Assembly (NCBI GenBank): GCA_964016885.1
Contig: OZ024743.1
Location: forward strand, 128,464,001-128,528,000
Source of the DNA: Eledone cirrhosa
Lineage: Eukaryota
DNA length: 64,000 bases
Direction: 5' to 3'
Positions 13,485-27,020 of the stretch are shown in pieces. How positions within the stretch are numbered: the stretch's first letter is position 1; each line of letters starts with the position of its first letter. A program made the translations under genes and the position numbers. The notes beneath the pieces are model-generated. The model saw only the letters and a list, made by a program, of their open reading frames with translations. It ran no database searches and was not told the DNA's origin.

Positions 13485-14002
13485 TTAAAGTGTTGAGAGG
13501 ATAGAGTGAAAGCATCATATGAATAGGGCTGCGAAGGCTGTATAGTGGAAGTGTTGCAACTTCATTGATCTGTTGATATTGATGGATACTTTTTGTGAAA
13601 ATATGTGGCTTAGTGGTTAGGGTTTTCAGCTAATGATCATAATGATGTGGATTTGATACCCTGACCAGGCAGTATCACATGTTCTTCAGCAAAACACTTC
13701 ATTTCACGTTGCTCCTGTCCACTCAGTTGAAAGGGGAAAAAAAAATCAATACCAGCAGCAACTGGGGTTAACCATGTAACAAACTGGTGTTCCACTCTGG
13801 TGGGGCTCTTGTACACTCAGTCATATGATGCTAATGAAACCAAGATAGGCTGATGGGAGATTTTAATTTTAATCTATTAATTTCAGAAGTAGTTTGACTT
13901 GTCAGTGGATTGTGACTTTTGAATATGAAGAATTACATGTGATCATGATAATATTAGGATAAACTCTAAAAGCAAGGTACATGTAGGAGTTTAATTCTTT
14001 AA

Positions 14003-14238
14003 CCCTTTCTTTACCATATTTCTTAGGAAACACATTGAATGTATTTTAGTTAATATTGAAAATAATAAAAAATCTGGATGATTTTAGTAAAATAACATTT
14101 TAAGTTGATGTTAAGAACCTAAAAAATAATTCTTATATAAAATTATGATGAAAGTTTTTTTGTTTTTTTTATAGATATGAACTTTTTTTTTAATTTACAG
14201 AACCAGAGGCAGTTCCATGCAGGTTGGTATAAAAATGG
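14003..14238. mobile_element. TTAA-type MITE family M2
   Basis: TTAA at 13999-14002 and 14239-14242; imperfect TIR; homologues at 48398-48604 and 51475-51661. Confidence 0.75.
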
Positions 14239-15440
14239 TTAATCGAAATGTAAGACCTCTGTAAATTTCAAAGATGAGTGTTCCAGTTGTTCAGTCAATG
14301 GGATGACCTATGTTTTAAATTAACATATAAGTGACTGTGTATTTCATAGATATGTGTACTCTTAACATAATTTTCAGACAGATTCTGTATGATACAGTGT
14401 ATGAGAAAGCTGGACCTTTGACTTACAAAGTACAATCCATTTGATGGACCTTGAGTTTTTGCCTAACCCATTTTACTCACAAGGTTTTGGCTGAGCTAAA
14501 GCTATGGGAAAGACACTCATTAAAAATGCTACACAGTTGGGTTGAACCCAGAACCTCATGATTGTAAAGCAAGCTTCTTAGCCATTCAACTATGCTGTAA
14601 CCACTTTCAGAATATCATAGCCATGGCTACTACATTTTAATTATTACTTTTGTTAATCAATTATTTTAAATTCTGCATCATTGATCAGCTAAAGCTGAGT
14701 TTAATAGAGGTATGAAGCAGCAACAAAAACAGTTCATAGAAACCAATGAAAAAGCCTCTATATGGTTTCTCAACATACTAGAATTAGCAAACAAATCTCT
14801 CAAATTACACCTTCAATGCTAAACGTATCCTAGACTTTGATGCTAAAATGTATTCTATTTCATATTACAAGAAATTATTGTTAGTTTGGTTCTATTTGCC
14901 AAGACCACAAACTTCTCTCACCTATGTTATTAACACATTGCTTGCTTAGGTTTGTTTGTTAAGTTTTTTTTTACATCATGGAATCATCAAACAAAGGATT
15001 CTATTTTGAAGTTGTGTTTTTTTTTTCTACATTTTACTATTGTTGACTTAACCAACAATGTTTCACTTTCAACAGCTGCAGTTGTCATTAGGAAGGAATC
15101 CAGCCATAAGATCTTCCTTCTAATTATACATGGTTTACAATACATAATTATCTGCAGATCTTTCTACATAGAGATGCTGTAGGTGACAGTTCTAGACAAT
15201 CAAACATAACATCTTACATCTCACCCATACATAAACAATGCAAAACAAACAATTCATTAAAATAATAACAACAATGCTTAGAATGTCTATAACAGCTGAT
15301 AGCACTGGACAAAAGATACCATTCTATCAGTACTTCTTTGTATGGGATGTCAAGATGGTCAAGTAGTTAAGGTATTGTACTACTTGCTTAAAGGCCACAA
15401 GTTCAAATTTACAACTGGCTGTTTCTTTGTATTTCTAAAC

Positions 15441-15533
15441 CAGTGTTGTAAACCTGTGGCTATTTAGCCTATCTTGAGTGGCTCTTAGGTGCTCTGAAAT
15501 TTATATTTTTATTTTATTAAATTTACAACCCTG
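15441..15533. mobile_element. Tiny hAT-like MITE
   Basis: TIR cagtgttgtaaa / tttacaaccctg; TSD only partly conserved. Confidence 0.45.
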
Positions 15534-18039
15534 TATTAAAATAAAGGCCATGACAATTTCAAATAAGATTCAAAACAAAAAATCACATTAAGTAAGAATA
15601 GAATTTGCTAAATTCATGTTTTCTTATATGTATTTTTGTTTATAATAAATCGTGTGGTTCTGGTTGTCCCAATTACTTCTAAAACTAAAAATTTTCGGGT
15701 AGGGTGGGAGTGTCGATTATATTGATTTCAGTACTTAATTGGTATTATATTTTTATCAAACCCACAAGGATGAAAGGCAAAGTTAACTTCATTGGGATTT
15801 GAACTCAGAACATACTGAACCAGAATATTTGCCTAAATGCTCTACTGATTCTGCCAATCCATCACCTTTTAATAATAATGACAATAACAACAAACATGAT
15901 AATGATAACAACAATAACAATGATATACAAAAATAAAATAAATACATGATCTTCATTTACCAACAATGAATTTTGCTGTCTCCAGCCTCACACTCCACTA
16001 TTAAAACCACCACTGTTCTAGTCCTTGTTTATTCTAACGCTAGCCTCTCACCGGTTGCCAAAACATCTGCACATTCCCCCCCATTCTTCAATGTATTGAT
16101 GCGAAACAAAAACAAGAGGTTTGTTTGGACAGTCGTTCAGCTTGTATATATAAGAATTGTTTAACCTTTACAAGTACTTCATTGCTTATGTCACAAGTGC
16201 TGGCATTTTGGTTTAGGATACAGCCTTTTCCTTTATCCAATGGAGCATCAGCCCAATTGCACAGAATGATCTTGCATCTAATGAGATTGGAAGCTTTATA
16301 ACCTACACACACTACCGTTTGTCTTTAAATATCTTCTACACCATCCCTTCACATAAATGGATTCTAATGTGTTTACTATTGCTTTCTAAGTGGCCTTTAT
16401 GTTTTGCTTATCTCTTCTCCCAGATGAAGCATCACTTTGTTGAGTACAATTGTATGAAAATAGACCTTTTTTAAAATGCATACAGATTAAGAAAATAAAA
16501 AAATAGTGAGAATCCTCCAGCAGAAAGGAACCCAAAACCACATGGTTGTGAATCGAATTTCTTAACCACATAGCAATGCTGGGGACTAATTTATAAAAAA
16601 AGAAAATATATATCCAGTTTCCAATGGTTATAGTTTGCTCCCTTCTGAATCCTATTTGGGATCTCTGTATACGCATTTTTTGTCCGTCCAACCCACACCT
16701 CCCAGGACAAGTCACAGGCCTATCACCAGCTCTTGCAGCATGAGATGAAAACTGACTGCAATACATGTGCAACATCTGCAGTTGAGTCTGTTGATCTCAT
16801 ATAGAACTTTACACACATGTATTTGTCCATCACTGGCTGCCATGAAGAGGAATGTCATCAACAACTTTGATGGACTACAAAGAAGTGTGTGTGTGTTTTA
16901 GTTTAGTAAACGAGCAATTTTGTGAGACCACGCCTTAGTGTTGCTGTTGACAAAGAACTTTAATTATCTCAAATTAACTTGGTACACAGTAAACTCAATT
17001 GCTCTGCTAATTACTAGACAATTTCACACAATTCTATAAACAAATGCATTACTACTGTTAATGCACTCAAATTGCATAAAGGCTTTTTAACTGCATTGCA
17101 AATGCATAATGGTGGCTAATTTTCAAACATTTACTCAATGCTTTTGAGGTCAAGTGGAAAAAACATTTTAATGCTCTTTTATTTCTTTTACTGGTTTCAA
17201 TCAATTAGACTGCAGCTATGCAGGTGTTTTGTTATCATATCAGTCCCAGTACTTATTTTTTCAAGTGTGGTACTAATTTTATCAATCAGTTTGTTGAACT
17301 GCAATATTATAGGAAATGAACTGCTATATTATAGGAAATAAACAAAACAGTATATGTAAAAACAGACATGAACACAATTTCTGTTAATCAAATATCATTC
17401 TCAAGGCATTGGTTAAATTGAGGCTATTGTAGAAAACACAAGGTGCTGTGCAGAGGAGACTGAACACAAAATCATGTGGCTGTGAAGTGAACTCCTTAAT
17501 CACTCTTTAAAGCCAAAAATTATATTGTAAACAGTATTTATTACTTTAAGTCTATAAATATGAATAATGTTTGATGGTGGATTTAAATCTGAAATCACTC
17601 ACACATGAAAATATTAACAAATAATGCATTTCCAATAAAAGTCATGTTTTGAAAATATGTAGTTCACTTTTCAATCACAAGGTCATGAGTTTTATCCTAC
17701 ATTTTATCCCTGTAAATAGTTATTCCTCCAAAATTATTCATATATTTAATACTGTATGTCATTTTTGCATAAATGCTGAACATTTATGTAAATATATCAT
17801 AGAAATAAATTATTAAAATATCATCTTTATCTTTAATCACTCAAACGTGTCAATAATCAACATAAACTATAGGGTTTCTCTTGTGCAAACCATAAATTTA
17901 TCAAAATTCAAATTTCCTAGTTTGTATGATTGTTCATATAAACAAATCCTGATATATTTGGCATACCGATACTAGACTCGAATAATTAAATATGCTAAAT
18001 ACTATTGCCATCATTACTGACAACTCAAGTCTACTAATA

Positions 18040-18372
18040 TATAATTGTTTCTACTTTTGGCACAAGGCCAGCAATTACCCAGTGCATTACTGGTACTTTA
18101 TTTTATCGACCTCGTAAGGATGAAAGGCAAAGTTAACCTCGGCGGGATTTGAACTCAGAATGGCAAGGGCCGTAACTCAATGCGTCAAAGCTTGGCGTCC
18201 GACCCTCTGCCGATACTGCCAATCCTCCAGTCTACTAATATATGGCTTCTGATATAAGCACAAGGCCAGTAATTTGGGGGGATAGGAAAGTTGGTTAAAT
18301 CTACCCCAGTGTATTACTGGTGCTTTATTTTATTGACCCTGTAAGGATGAAAGGCAAAGCTAACCTCAGCAG
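18040..18372 (-). mobile_element. Two tandem family A SINEs
   Basis: One full copy (18040-18227) and one 5'-truncated copy. Confidence 0.85.
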
Positions 18373-18591
18373 TATAATAGAAGCAAAACAGACCTAACTG
18401 CACTAGGTCCATGAACCCTTATAGCAATTTTCTATTATCAGGCAACAAAGTTTACATAACAAAAATGTAGTTCTAAATATACAAAATGATGGTCATGGTT
18501 GGGATGCTTTTAATCATAGTTTTATTATTAAAATGAGACTAAAACCCAACTGCAACATCCACATCTGTACTTCAAAAGTTTAATTATATAT

Positions 18592-18622
<31 letters not shown>

Positions 18623-19519
18623 GATTATTTTGTTAAGACCCTTAGACTATTATATACACATGAACACAGAGTTAAAATAATCATACATACAGAGCCAAAT
18701 ATACACAGACATATAATTCATACATGCACACACAATAACAGAGACATATGATACATATACTACCAATAACATACATACAAATATGATACATTTACACACA
18801 CACAATCATACATACTCACACAATCATACATATGCAAACACAATCATATATTAGGACGTCAAGTATGAAATTTGTAGAAATTTGTAGAAAAAAAACAAAT
18901 TTCTACAAATTTCATACTTGACGACTCAACATATGCAAACACAATCATACACACATATATAATCATGTATACATATAGACAAGGTATTTTATTAGAGGAA
19001 AATACAGAAAGAAATAGCATTTGAACAATATATGTAAAGGACAACACGTAATCATGTAATTCAGACATGTACATTAACTAATACGAACACATACATATAC
19101 CTTCACAAAACGAATTATGCACAGACAGACCTTCACAAAACAAATTATACACACACAGATAGGTTTTTATAAGACGGTCATGTATATAACACATACATAC
19201 ATACACACATACGTGTGTATATATACTAATACATACACACATACATTTCCATTATTAACCAAACATTCAAATCCCGCCGAGGTTAACTTTGCCTTTCATC
19301 CTTACGGCGTCGATAAAGTAAAGTACCAGTAATGTACTGAGTAATTACTGGCCTTGTGCCAAAAGTAGGAACAATTATTAACCAAGCATTAACAAAGGGA
19401 GCTAGACAAAAATAAACCACTTGAAATATTCACAGTTAACAGTAGTAGAGTGTAGGACAGAGTGGTGTAGTGGCAGTAATAACAGTGGTGTGTGTGTGTG
19501 TATACATATATATAGGAGG

Positions 19520-19680
19520 AGGGCATAGACATGGCTACGTAATTAAGAAGTTGGCTGGTTCAGTTCAAATGTACAGCACCTTTGCCAAGTGTCTTGTACT
19601 ATAGATGAAGGATGACCAATGCCTTATGAGTGAAATTTAGTAAACAAAAACAGTATGGAATCCTGTCATATGTGTGTATG
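19520..19680 (+). mobile_element. Old tRNA-derived SINE (family C); related copies at ~14470-14595, 17385-17505, 23230-23390, 26790-26915
   Basis: Shared accttgggcaagtgtcttctactatag...ccaatgccttgtgagtg motif. Confidence 0.65.
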
Positions 19681-19897
19681 TACAAGTTTCTCATGACATA
19701 CCTCCCATGTACCTGATTATGACAAAAATACTGACTGATTAATCAATTAATTAGTTAATAATCATTAACTAATTGGTTGATTATCTAATTGATTAATGAT
19801 AAAACCAAAATGAAATACAAACTGTGTTTTTATTGGCAGTAAGACAACAATATCTGTTTCAACACATGATTGTCAAATAACTACAAAATGAACTTAC

Positions 19898-19924
19898 TTA
19901 TCTTTTGTCATGTAGATGGCGTAC
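19898..19924 (-). CDS. Candidate 27-nt symmetric phase-2 microexon of an unidentified host gene (YAIYMTKD)
   Basis: Acceptor catttacttcag, donor gtaagt; open only in phase 2. Confidence 0.35.
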   Translation of the reverse strand, partial: VRHLHDKR

Positions 19925-20429
19925 CTGAAGTAAATGTTTCTTTAAAAACCATATTGTACAGTAAACAACAGTAGTATTTTTATAAGAGAGAAGTTGATTA
20001 TATCAATATCAGTACTTGACTGGTACTTGATCATAACCCCAGAAGAATGAAAGGCAAAGCTGACCTGATTTGAATTCAGAACTTCAAAAGTCAAAATAAG
20101 TGTTGTAAATCGTTTTGTTGATTGTACTAATGATTATTAGTTCAATCAAATAGAATTGTAATTCTATTAGCATTACATTCACTAGCAGAAAAACCACCCT
20201 TCGGGTGGTTTTCTGCTAGCATGTGTAGTGTGTATATTGATATTATACGCAGGTATATATACATGTAGATATGATACATCAAATAAAATCGTAATTGACA
20301 ATATACACAGAAATTGAACGAAGACGTTGTTACACTGTCTTATGTAATCAGTAACGTAATCCATGATACATTAAAAAAAGATATTATATATAAACTGCAT
20401 TAGGAGAAAACTAGTATGTTTATTTAAGC

Positions 20430-20520
20430 GATCGCCACCGGAAGTGTTGACATCACACTCTCTCTTTCTATATATATATGGTAGTTGAAGTGGTGGCGAC
20501 GATATAGCGGAAGTACAACT
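20430..20520. promoter_or_regulatory. Possible promoter/enhancer patch
   Basis: Local CpG excess; two ETS-type CGGAAGT motifs (20439, 20508); inverted tcgccacc/ggtggcga pair. Confidence 0.3.
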
Positions 20521-20689
20521 TTGAAAAGAAGTCAATTTTAAATTATTTATTTTTACGAAATTATTTTTGTTTACGAAATTTAGTAGATAAATTATGTAAA
20601 ATTCATTCATTATTTATTCAAAGTAATCCAACTTATTTCACTAACGGGGTAAAAACAAAATAAACCGTTTGCAGTCCCGCAGACCTTCC

Positions 20690-21040
20690 TTTATTATATG
20701 TTTCTTTATTAGCCACAGGGGCACAAAAGATGGGGACAAATACAAAGGGGGAAGTTTACATACAATAAAAACATGTAAAATGTTATCACAAATCCAATAG
20801 GGGGAGACAGTTTATATGGGTAACACATACCCCCGAAAAAATGTGCAACCCTCATCTCCAGGCGTACGAAGAGTTTGTACTCCTTTCCTCTCCTCCTCCT
20901 TTTCCTCAACCTACAGACTGATATAGAGACAAGGCCCATTCACTCGGGCCATTCTCGCCACTTTCACCAACCTTTCATAAAACTTGCTGGGGTACAGCAC
21001 CTCTCTCTCCATCTTGATTCTTCTTCCAAAGTGGTATTTG
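20690..21040 (-). mobile_element. Tx1/L1-clade LINE 3' end
   Basis: C-terminal peptide KMEREVLYPSKFYERLVKVARMARVNG...* resembles the 45870-46520 remnant; AATAAA near 20705 on the minus strand. Confidence 0.6.
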
Positions 21041-21479
21041 AAAAAAAGAATCCTTTATTATAGTTAAGATTATCATCATTTTTCCTTCATTTTCTATGTT
21101 CACAATGGTTGGACGGGTCATCACAATGCATGACTAGACATCCAGGAGAACCACATCAATAAGTTTTCCACCCATATTCTTGGTTCTTAAAGTTATTGGA
21201 GAAGACTGCTTATAAGAAAAATCGTCCATGAAATTTCTGCTAAAAATATATTTGATTCTTATCTTTGTTTTAACATTTGGGAAAACCTTTTATCCTCATC
21301 ATTTACTGAAGCATCATCAATCAAACATTGCTATCAACAACATGATACCAGGTGAGATCAGGTAAATTAGGCTAATTAACATCATATAACTATTTACTAA
21401 TAGCTTGTTTGTGAGATCTAATTCTGACAGGAAACAAAAACATTTTTCAATAATAATGGTGATATACAGAGTCAGTAGA

Positions 21480-22330
21480 GCAAAAAAAGATATGGTCAAA
21501 CTTTGAATTTCTCAGACAGATAGAAGAGATAAGGGATGTTAAAGACAGCTGGCTTTGTTTAAAGAAAGGAGTATTAAAGAAAAATACTATGGGAATGATC
21601 TTAGCAGCACAGGAACAGGCTCAAAGAGTAAATTGAATCAAGAGAATGAAAAATAGGCTGTGTTCAACCAAATGTATAATGTAAAATGAAACTAAGGAGG
21701 CTATAGCTCAGTTACTTTCAGAATGCTCTTAGTTAACTCAAAATGTGTACAACAAGTGTAAACCAGATGAAATAACAGTAATATTTCAATGGAAATTTTG
21801 CCAGAGATTTGGTTTTGCCTGCACAGAAAAGGTCAATGACTATTTTTGTGAAACAGAAATGGAAGTGCTAGAAAACACAAAAGTGAAAGTGCTATGAGAC
21901 TTTTCCATACAAACAGAAAGGTAAATACAGCATGGAAAATCGATATTGAGAAGGAAAAAATGTATCTGGTAATTGATGTAAAATACCCATTTGATACCAG
22001 AGTGGGGGCGCAGATGGGCAGAGAAACAAAAATAAAACATTAAACTGGCTTGAAATATAAAATACTCAAATGCTGGAAAAAAGATGCTGACAAAGTCTGT
22101 GACTAAAAAATTTGAAAGCTTGAAAAGGTAGTCCTTAATCTGCGAATGAATGTGGTGCAAAAAAGTTATTTAATAGGATTAGCAAGAATTATCCAGAAAG
22201 ACGTTAACACAAAGTGAGGACAGTTATGAACAGTAACAAACAATAATGAAGGACTTTAATAGAAGAAAACAGAAAAAAGCTCCTCATTCTAGACCATGGG
22301 CTGGGGTGATCCAATAAGAAACATACTTAT
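21480..22330 (+). mobile_element. Degenerate R4/Dong-clade LINE (RLE region)
   Basis: SWLCLKKGVLKK..GMILAAQEQA and EVLENTKVKVL*DFSIQT are collinear with the 44746-45545 copy; many stops. Confidence 0.75.
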
Positions 22331-22364
22331 ACCAATTAAAAACATTGTAACAGCAACAACAACA

Positions 22365-22780
22365 ATATTAATTTCTAATTTAGGCATAAGACATGTTTAA
22401 GTAGTAGGAGAAAGTTGATTAAATTTAGCTCAATACTTGACTGGAACTTTATTTTATTGATCTCAAAAGGATGAAAAGCAAAATTGACTCAAAAGGATTT
22501 GAACTCAGAACATAAAGAGCCATCATTAAATGGTGTAAAGCATTTTATACAACGTTCTAATGATTCTGCCAATCCATTACCCTAACAACAATAATAATAA
22601 TTGTTTCTATTATAGGCACAAGGCCAGCAATTTGGGGAGAGGGGAAAGTCAATTAAATCGACCCCAGTGCATTACTGGTGCTTTATTTTATCGGATGAAA
22701 TGCAAAGCTAACCTCGGCAGGATTTGAACTCAGAACGTAAAGGGCCATAACTCTACTGATACTGCCAATCTACTGGCCTC
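22365..22780 (-). mobile_element. Two tandem family A SINEs
   Basis: Match to the family A core and B box. Confidence 0.8.
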
Positions 22781-23775
22781 ACAACAACAATAATAATGAT
22801 TATGATATCTAACTTATTATTTTCATTTGTATGATCTTAAGGTTACCAGAACATATGCATATACACATTTTTATATGTATATGTATATGTGTATGTGTAT
22901 ATGTATATGTGTATGTATATTTATATGTATATGTGCATGAAAGAAACTTCCTAACAAACAAAATCGAGTAAAGTCAAATAAAAACATTATTCCAACAGAT
23001 GTTTGTGGCTGTATCAAATTGTTTATTTTTATAGTGAACATTACTTCAACAGTTGACAACTTATTCCTAATATATTACTGGTAATTTATTATCCTCAATA
23101 AAGATGAAGGTTCTAATCTGACAGAAAACTTAAACTGCCCTATCTAAACTTTACCATTGAAATATCCAATCTCTTTTATTTCAGATTTTATTTCCTACTT
23201 CATTTTGTTTTCCAAAAAGATATTACATAAAGGCACAGGGATGACTGTGCAGTTAAGAAGTTTTCTTTGAAGCACAGGGTTCAGGTTCACTCCCACCTTG
23301 GGCAAGTGTCTTCTTTACAGTTTTGGGTAAACCAATGCTTTGTGATTGAAATTTGGTAAATGTAGATGGAAACTGCTGTGAGTGTGTGTGTGAGAGAGAG
23401 AATTATATGTCCCATTAACTTAGCAGTTTGACAAAAAAAAAGAGATTGAAAGGATGAACAGCAAAACGTTAACTCAGCTGGATTTGAACACAGAAGACTG
23501 AAACACAAAAGCAAATACAGGAAAACATCTTACTCTGCCAATTTGCTGTGTGTATAGATGTGTGTTTATAACTAATATATATATATATACATATATATGT
23601 TAGTTATAAACACGCATGTACTCACACGCACACACACACACACACATGTATATATGTTGTATTTGTGCCAATAAAATTACTAGAATTCTTAAAAGGAGCT
23701 GAAAGATTTGATATAAAGTGAAGATCAAACAGCTTGAGTGTCAAATAAAAGGATTTAGAGATAGTATAGAGTTAC

Positions 23776-23848
23776 CTACCCCACAGTATGTCTGTTGCAA
23801 TTCTAGACATCTTGGCACCAAAGTATTGTCAAAGAGTGATGAGTAGCC
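23776..23848 (-). CDS. Candidate exon containing an ATG (MSRIATDILWG, phase-2 donor)
   Basis: Acceptor aatatttcag, donor AG|gtaact, ATG at 23810 in ccaagATG context. Confidence 0.3.
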
Positions 23849-24043
23849 CTGAAATATTCCAATACTCTGTCATTAAATTCACAGAAATCATTTTAGGTTT
23901 TCTAATAATAATAAAATATTCATCAGATAAACATGTAGAAGCTTAAGAATTATTGAAGTTACAATTAGTATATTGTATATGTATCTAGTGCCCCAGTATG
24001 TCAACAGCCCATGGGCTGAAACAAATATAAGAGCAAAGGAATA

Positions 24044-24102
<59 letters not shown>

Positions 24103-24519
24103 ACAATACCAATATGTTTTACAAAGCAATTGGTCAAATATGAAATTTTGAAAATCTGTTTGCTAATTTTTTATGAACAATGCTACAATGCATATGGAAT
24201 ATAAAATAGTTGAATAAGTTGGATAAGTTACACTTGGAAATATTAAATTACCATCGTCCAGTATACAGATACATGATTCACTTCTTGCAGATTTCTTTGT
24301 TTACCTTTTCTTCTACCTCCAAAGATAATTTACCTGACCTTTTCAGCTATTTTATAGTTCATATGCATTGTGGTAGCTTTTCATAAAAAAAGGCAAACAA
24401 ATTTTCAAATTTCCTCATAGCTTTATAAATGTATCAGTGTTGTTTGTTGTTTACATTTCTAACCAACTATTAAGGGTGCTGTATTCTGCATATGTGAGAA
24501 GAGCCATTATTTTATGTGA

Positions 24520-24725
24520 GCAATTATGGTAAAGCGTCAGACACCATGCTTTGCAACATAGAGTTACACCCCTTTACAATCTGAGTTCAAATCCTGCCGA
24601 GGTTAGCTTTGCATTTCATCCTTACGGGGTCGATAAAATAATGCACCAGTAATGCACTGAGGTCAATTTAATCAACTTTCCCCTCCCCCAAAATTGCTGG
24701 CCTTGTACCTAAATCAGAAAATATT
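24520..24725 (+). mobile_element. SINE family A
   Basis: B box gagttcaaatcc, family core, (ATT) tail. Confidence 0.85.
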
Positions 24726-25896
24726 ATTTTATGAGAGCAAGATATGTGTAATGAGCATGGAGCAATGGAGAAAGCTGAAAAAAATGGAAACGAGAATGGC
24801 CCAGTGGATGAATTTTGCATCTATGTTCCTTACTTGTATTGATTATATAGGCTGCCATATTCTAAGGCTGGACAGTCAGATGATTGCATCTCATTCATGC
24901 ATTCCATTCTGGTATGGTTTCTATAGTTGGATGCCTTTCTTAATGCTAACAACTTCACTGCATGTAGAAGGTGAGTTTTATCATGGCACTAACACTACCA
25001 ACTGACAGGATGGACTGGATACTTTTTATTATGATTCCAGCCCACTACTTTACAGAGTGGGCTAGGTGCACTTTAAATAGTAATAGCCCTACCATTTTCA
25101 ACACTGTGGCATTTGTGTCATTGGCCACACAAGGAGGGTAGTGATAAGCAGTGGGAGGTGTAGAGAAGGCTACATGTTGTTTAACAAAGGAGAGAAAAAG
25201 GGAGGGATGACTTTAAGAAGAGTGAGTGACATTTGACAGTACACTGGCATGGGTTGGACAGGAGGAATCAGTGATGTGAATAGGGGGAAGACTAAATTGT
25301 GGGTCATCGAATGTACTGTACTCCTGAAAAAATTAGGTGGGGGCATAGATAGTGAGAGAGAGATGTATGGGTTGTACCCATAATTCAAAGAGGTAGCTTT
25401 GTTACAAACTGTGTCACACTGAATCTACCTGAGAGCTATGTATGTTACAGGTGCACGTGTCTGAGGAATGCTCAGGTTGTTCCATTGATCAAACAACTGG
25501 AAGACTTGTCATGAGAAGCAATGGAATCACACACACACACATACATACACCCACATTTACTGCCACATTACCACTACAACAGCACCTGTATAACACACAC
25601 ATAACATCCTATCATCCACTACTGCATCTTCTACACAATATCAAAAGTAGAGTATCTTTGCCACACCATCACAGTTGCAGCACTTTCAAGGCTTTTGTCA
25701 TATAAAGTTCTTATGAGCTAGTTAAAACAGTTAAACACTATCTGCCACCTGGCCTCTAGGTACTTTTAGCAAAATCCATTCTGTTGCCCATAGCCAAGTT
25801 AAGTCTCTGGACTGAGGATATCTTCCTCCCTCTCATCAGTCATGGAGTTCTGCTTCATAAAGGCTGACCTGGGGCTAAACAACAACACTTCATCTA

Positions 25897-25927
<31 letters not shown>

Positions 25928-27020
25928 CACCCCCCTCTCTCTCTCTCTCTCTCTTACACAAAGCCATATTGATCAAAAGACAGATATGGTTAACTGAATA
26001 AAAAAGGAACAGGGTCTCAAAATAAAAGGGCCAATTAAAGACATGATGGGGCTACTTTAGTTTCTTGCTTTCCAAGCAATAAACATCAAGCAGTAAGGAA
26101 GTAGGGAGGGGAGCTATAATATCTTATCCCTTTACCTACATGTAGTAGACCCCCTAATTTAATCATGAATGATTTGAGCTGAAACTCTGACCTTCCTTTT
26201 GACACTTTGGGTTATCTTTTAAAGATAGCAATAGCAGCCCTCTCTTCCACTTCCCTCTATGAAGCTGTTTACTCTATGGAAGATAAAGGACCTTATAATA
26301 GTTGTAGTGTGTATGATTGTAGGGGTTGGTTATGTGAGGGAGCTGTTTAATAATAGCCCCTTGGATAAAATAAATGACCCCCAACCAGGAAGTGAAGTTC
26401 TATTAGAAGTATAATAAATACTTAGAGGAGACAGAAGTAAAAGTAGAGATGGAGGAGACAGAAGTAAAAGTAGAGATGGAGAAAGAGGAAAAGAAGCTTC
26501 CCCAGTTGAAAGAGATAAAGGATGATTTTGACAAAAACTATAATAGGATGATGATGATAATGATAGAATGGTGGTGTTGAGGAAGGAAGGGGAAATGTAT
26601 GAAAAAAAGGAAAATAATATTCTTTTGTTCTATTACTTGTTCCAATCATTAGATTGGAACCATGTTGGATTTAGTCAATCATATTCAGTCCAGTACTTTT
26701 TTTTACAAATCCAGTACTTATTGGATCAATCTGTATGTCAAACCACCAAGTTACAGAACATAAACATGCTTACACACACTCAGACACACATATAAGGTTC
26801 CAGGTTCACTTCCATTAAGCAGTACCTTGGGCAAGTGCCTTCTACTATAGCCTTGGGATATCCAATGCCTTGTTAGTGGAAATTTGATACATTGAAACTG
26901 TGGAAGCTTGTGGTTACGAAGTGAATTTCACCACACAGCTATATCTGTGTGTGTGTGTATATATATATTTGTATGTGCGTGTGTGTATTTTTCCCTAGAA
27001 TTAAATCTTTTTGACATAAT

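Noticed and set aside
15961-16860. Unique sequence with 63-129 aa ORFs and a minus-strand donor at 15960
   Set aside because: No recognisable domain and no ATG in the frame reaching the donor; it may be UTR or regulatory but cannot be supported.
20182-20219. Rho-independent terminator-like hairpin
   Set aside because: Eukaryotic DNA; kept only as an unexplained palindrome.
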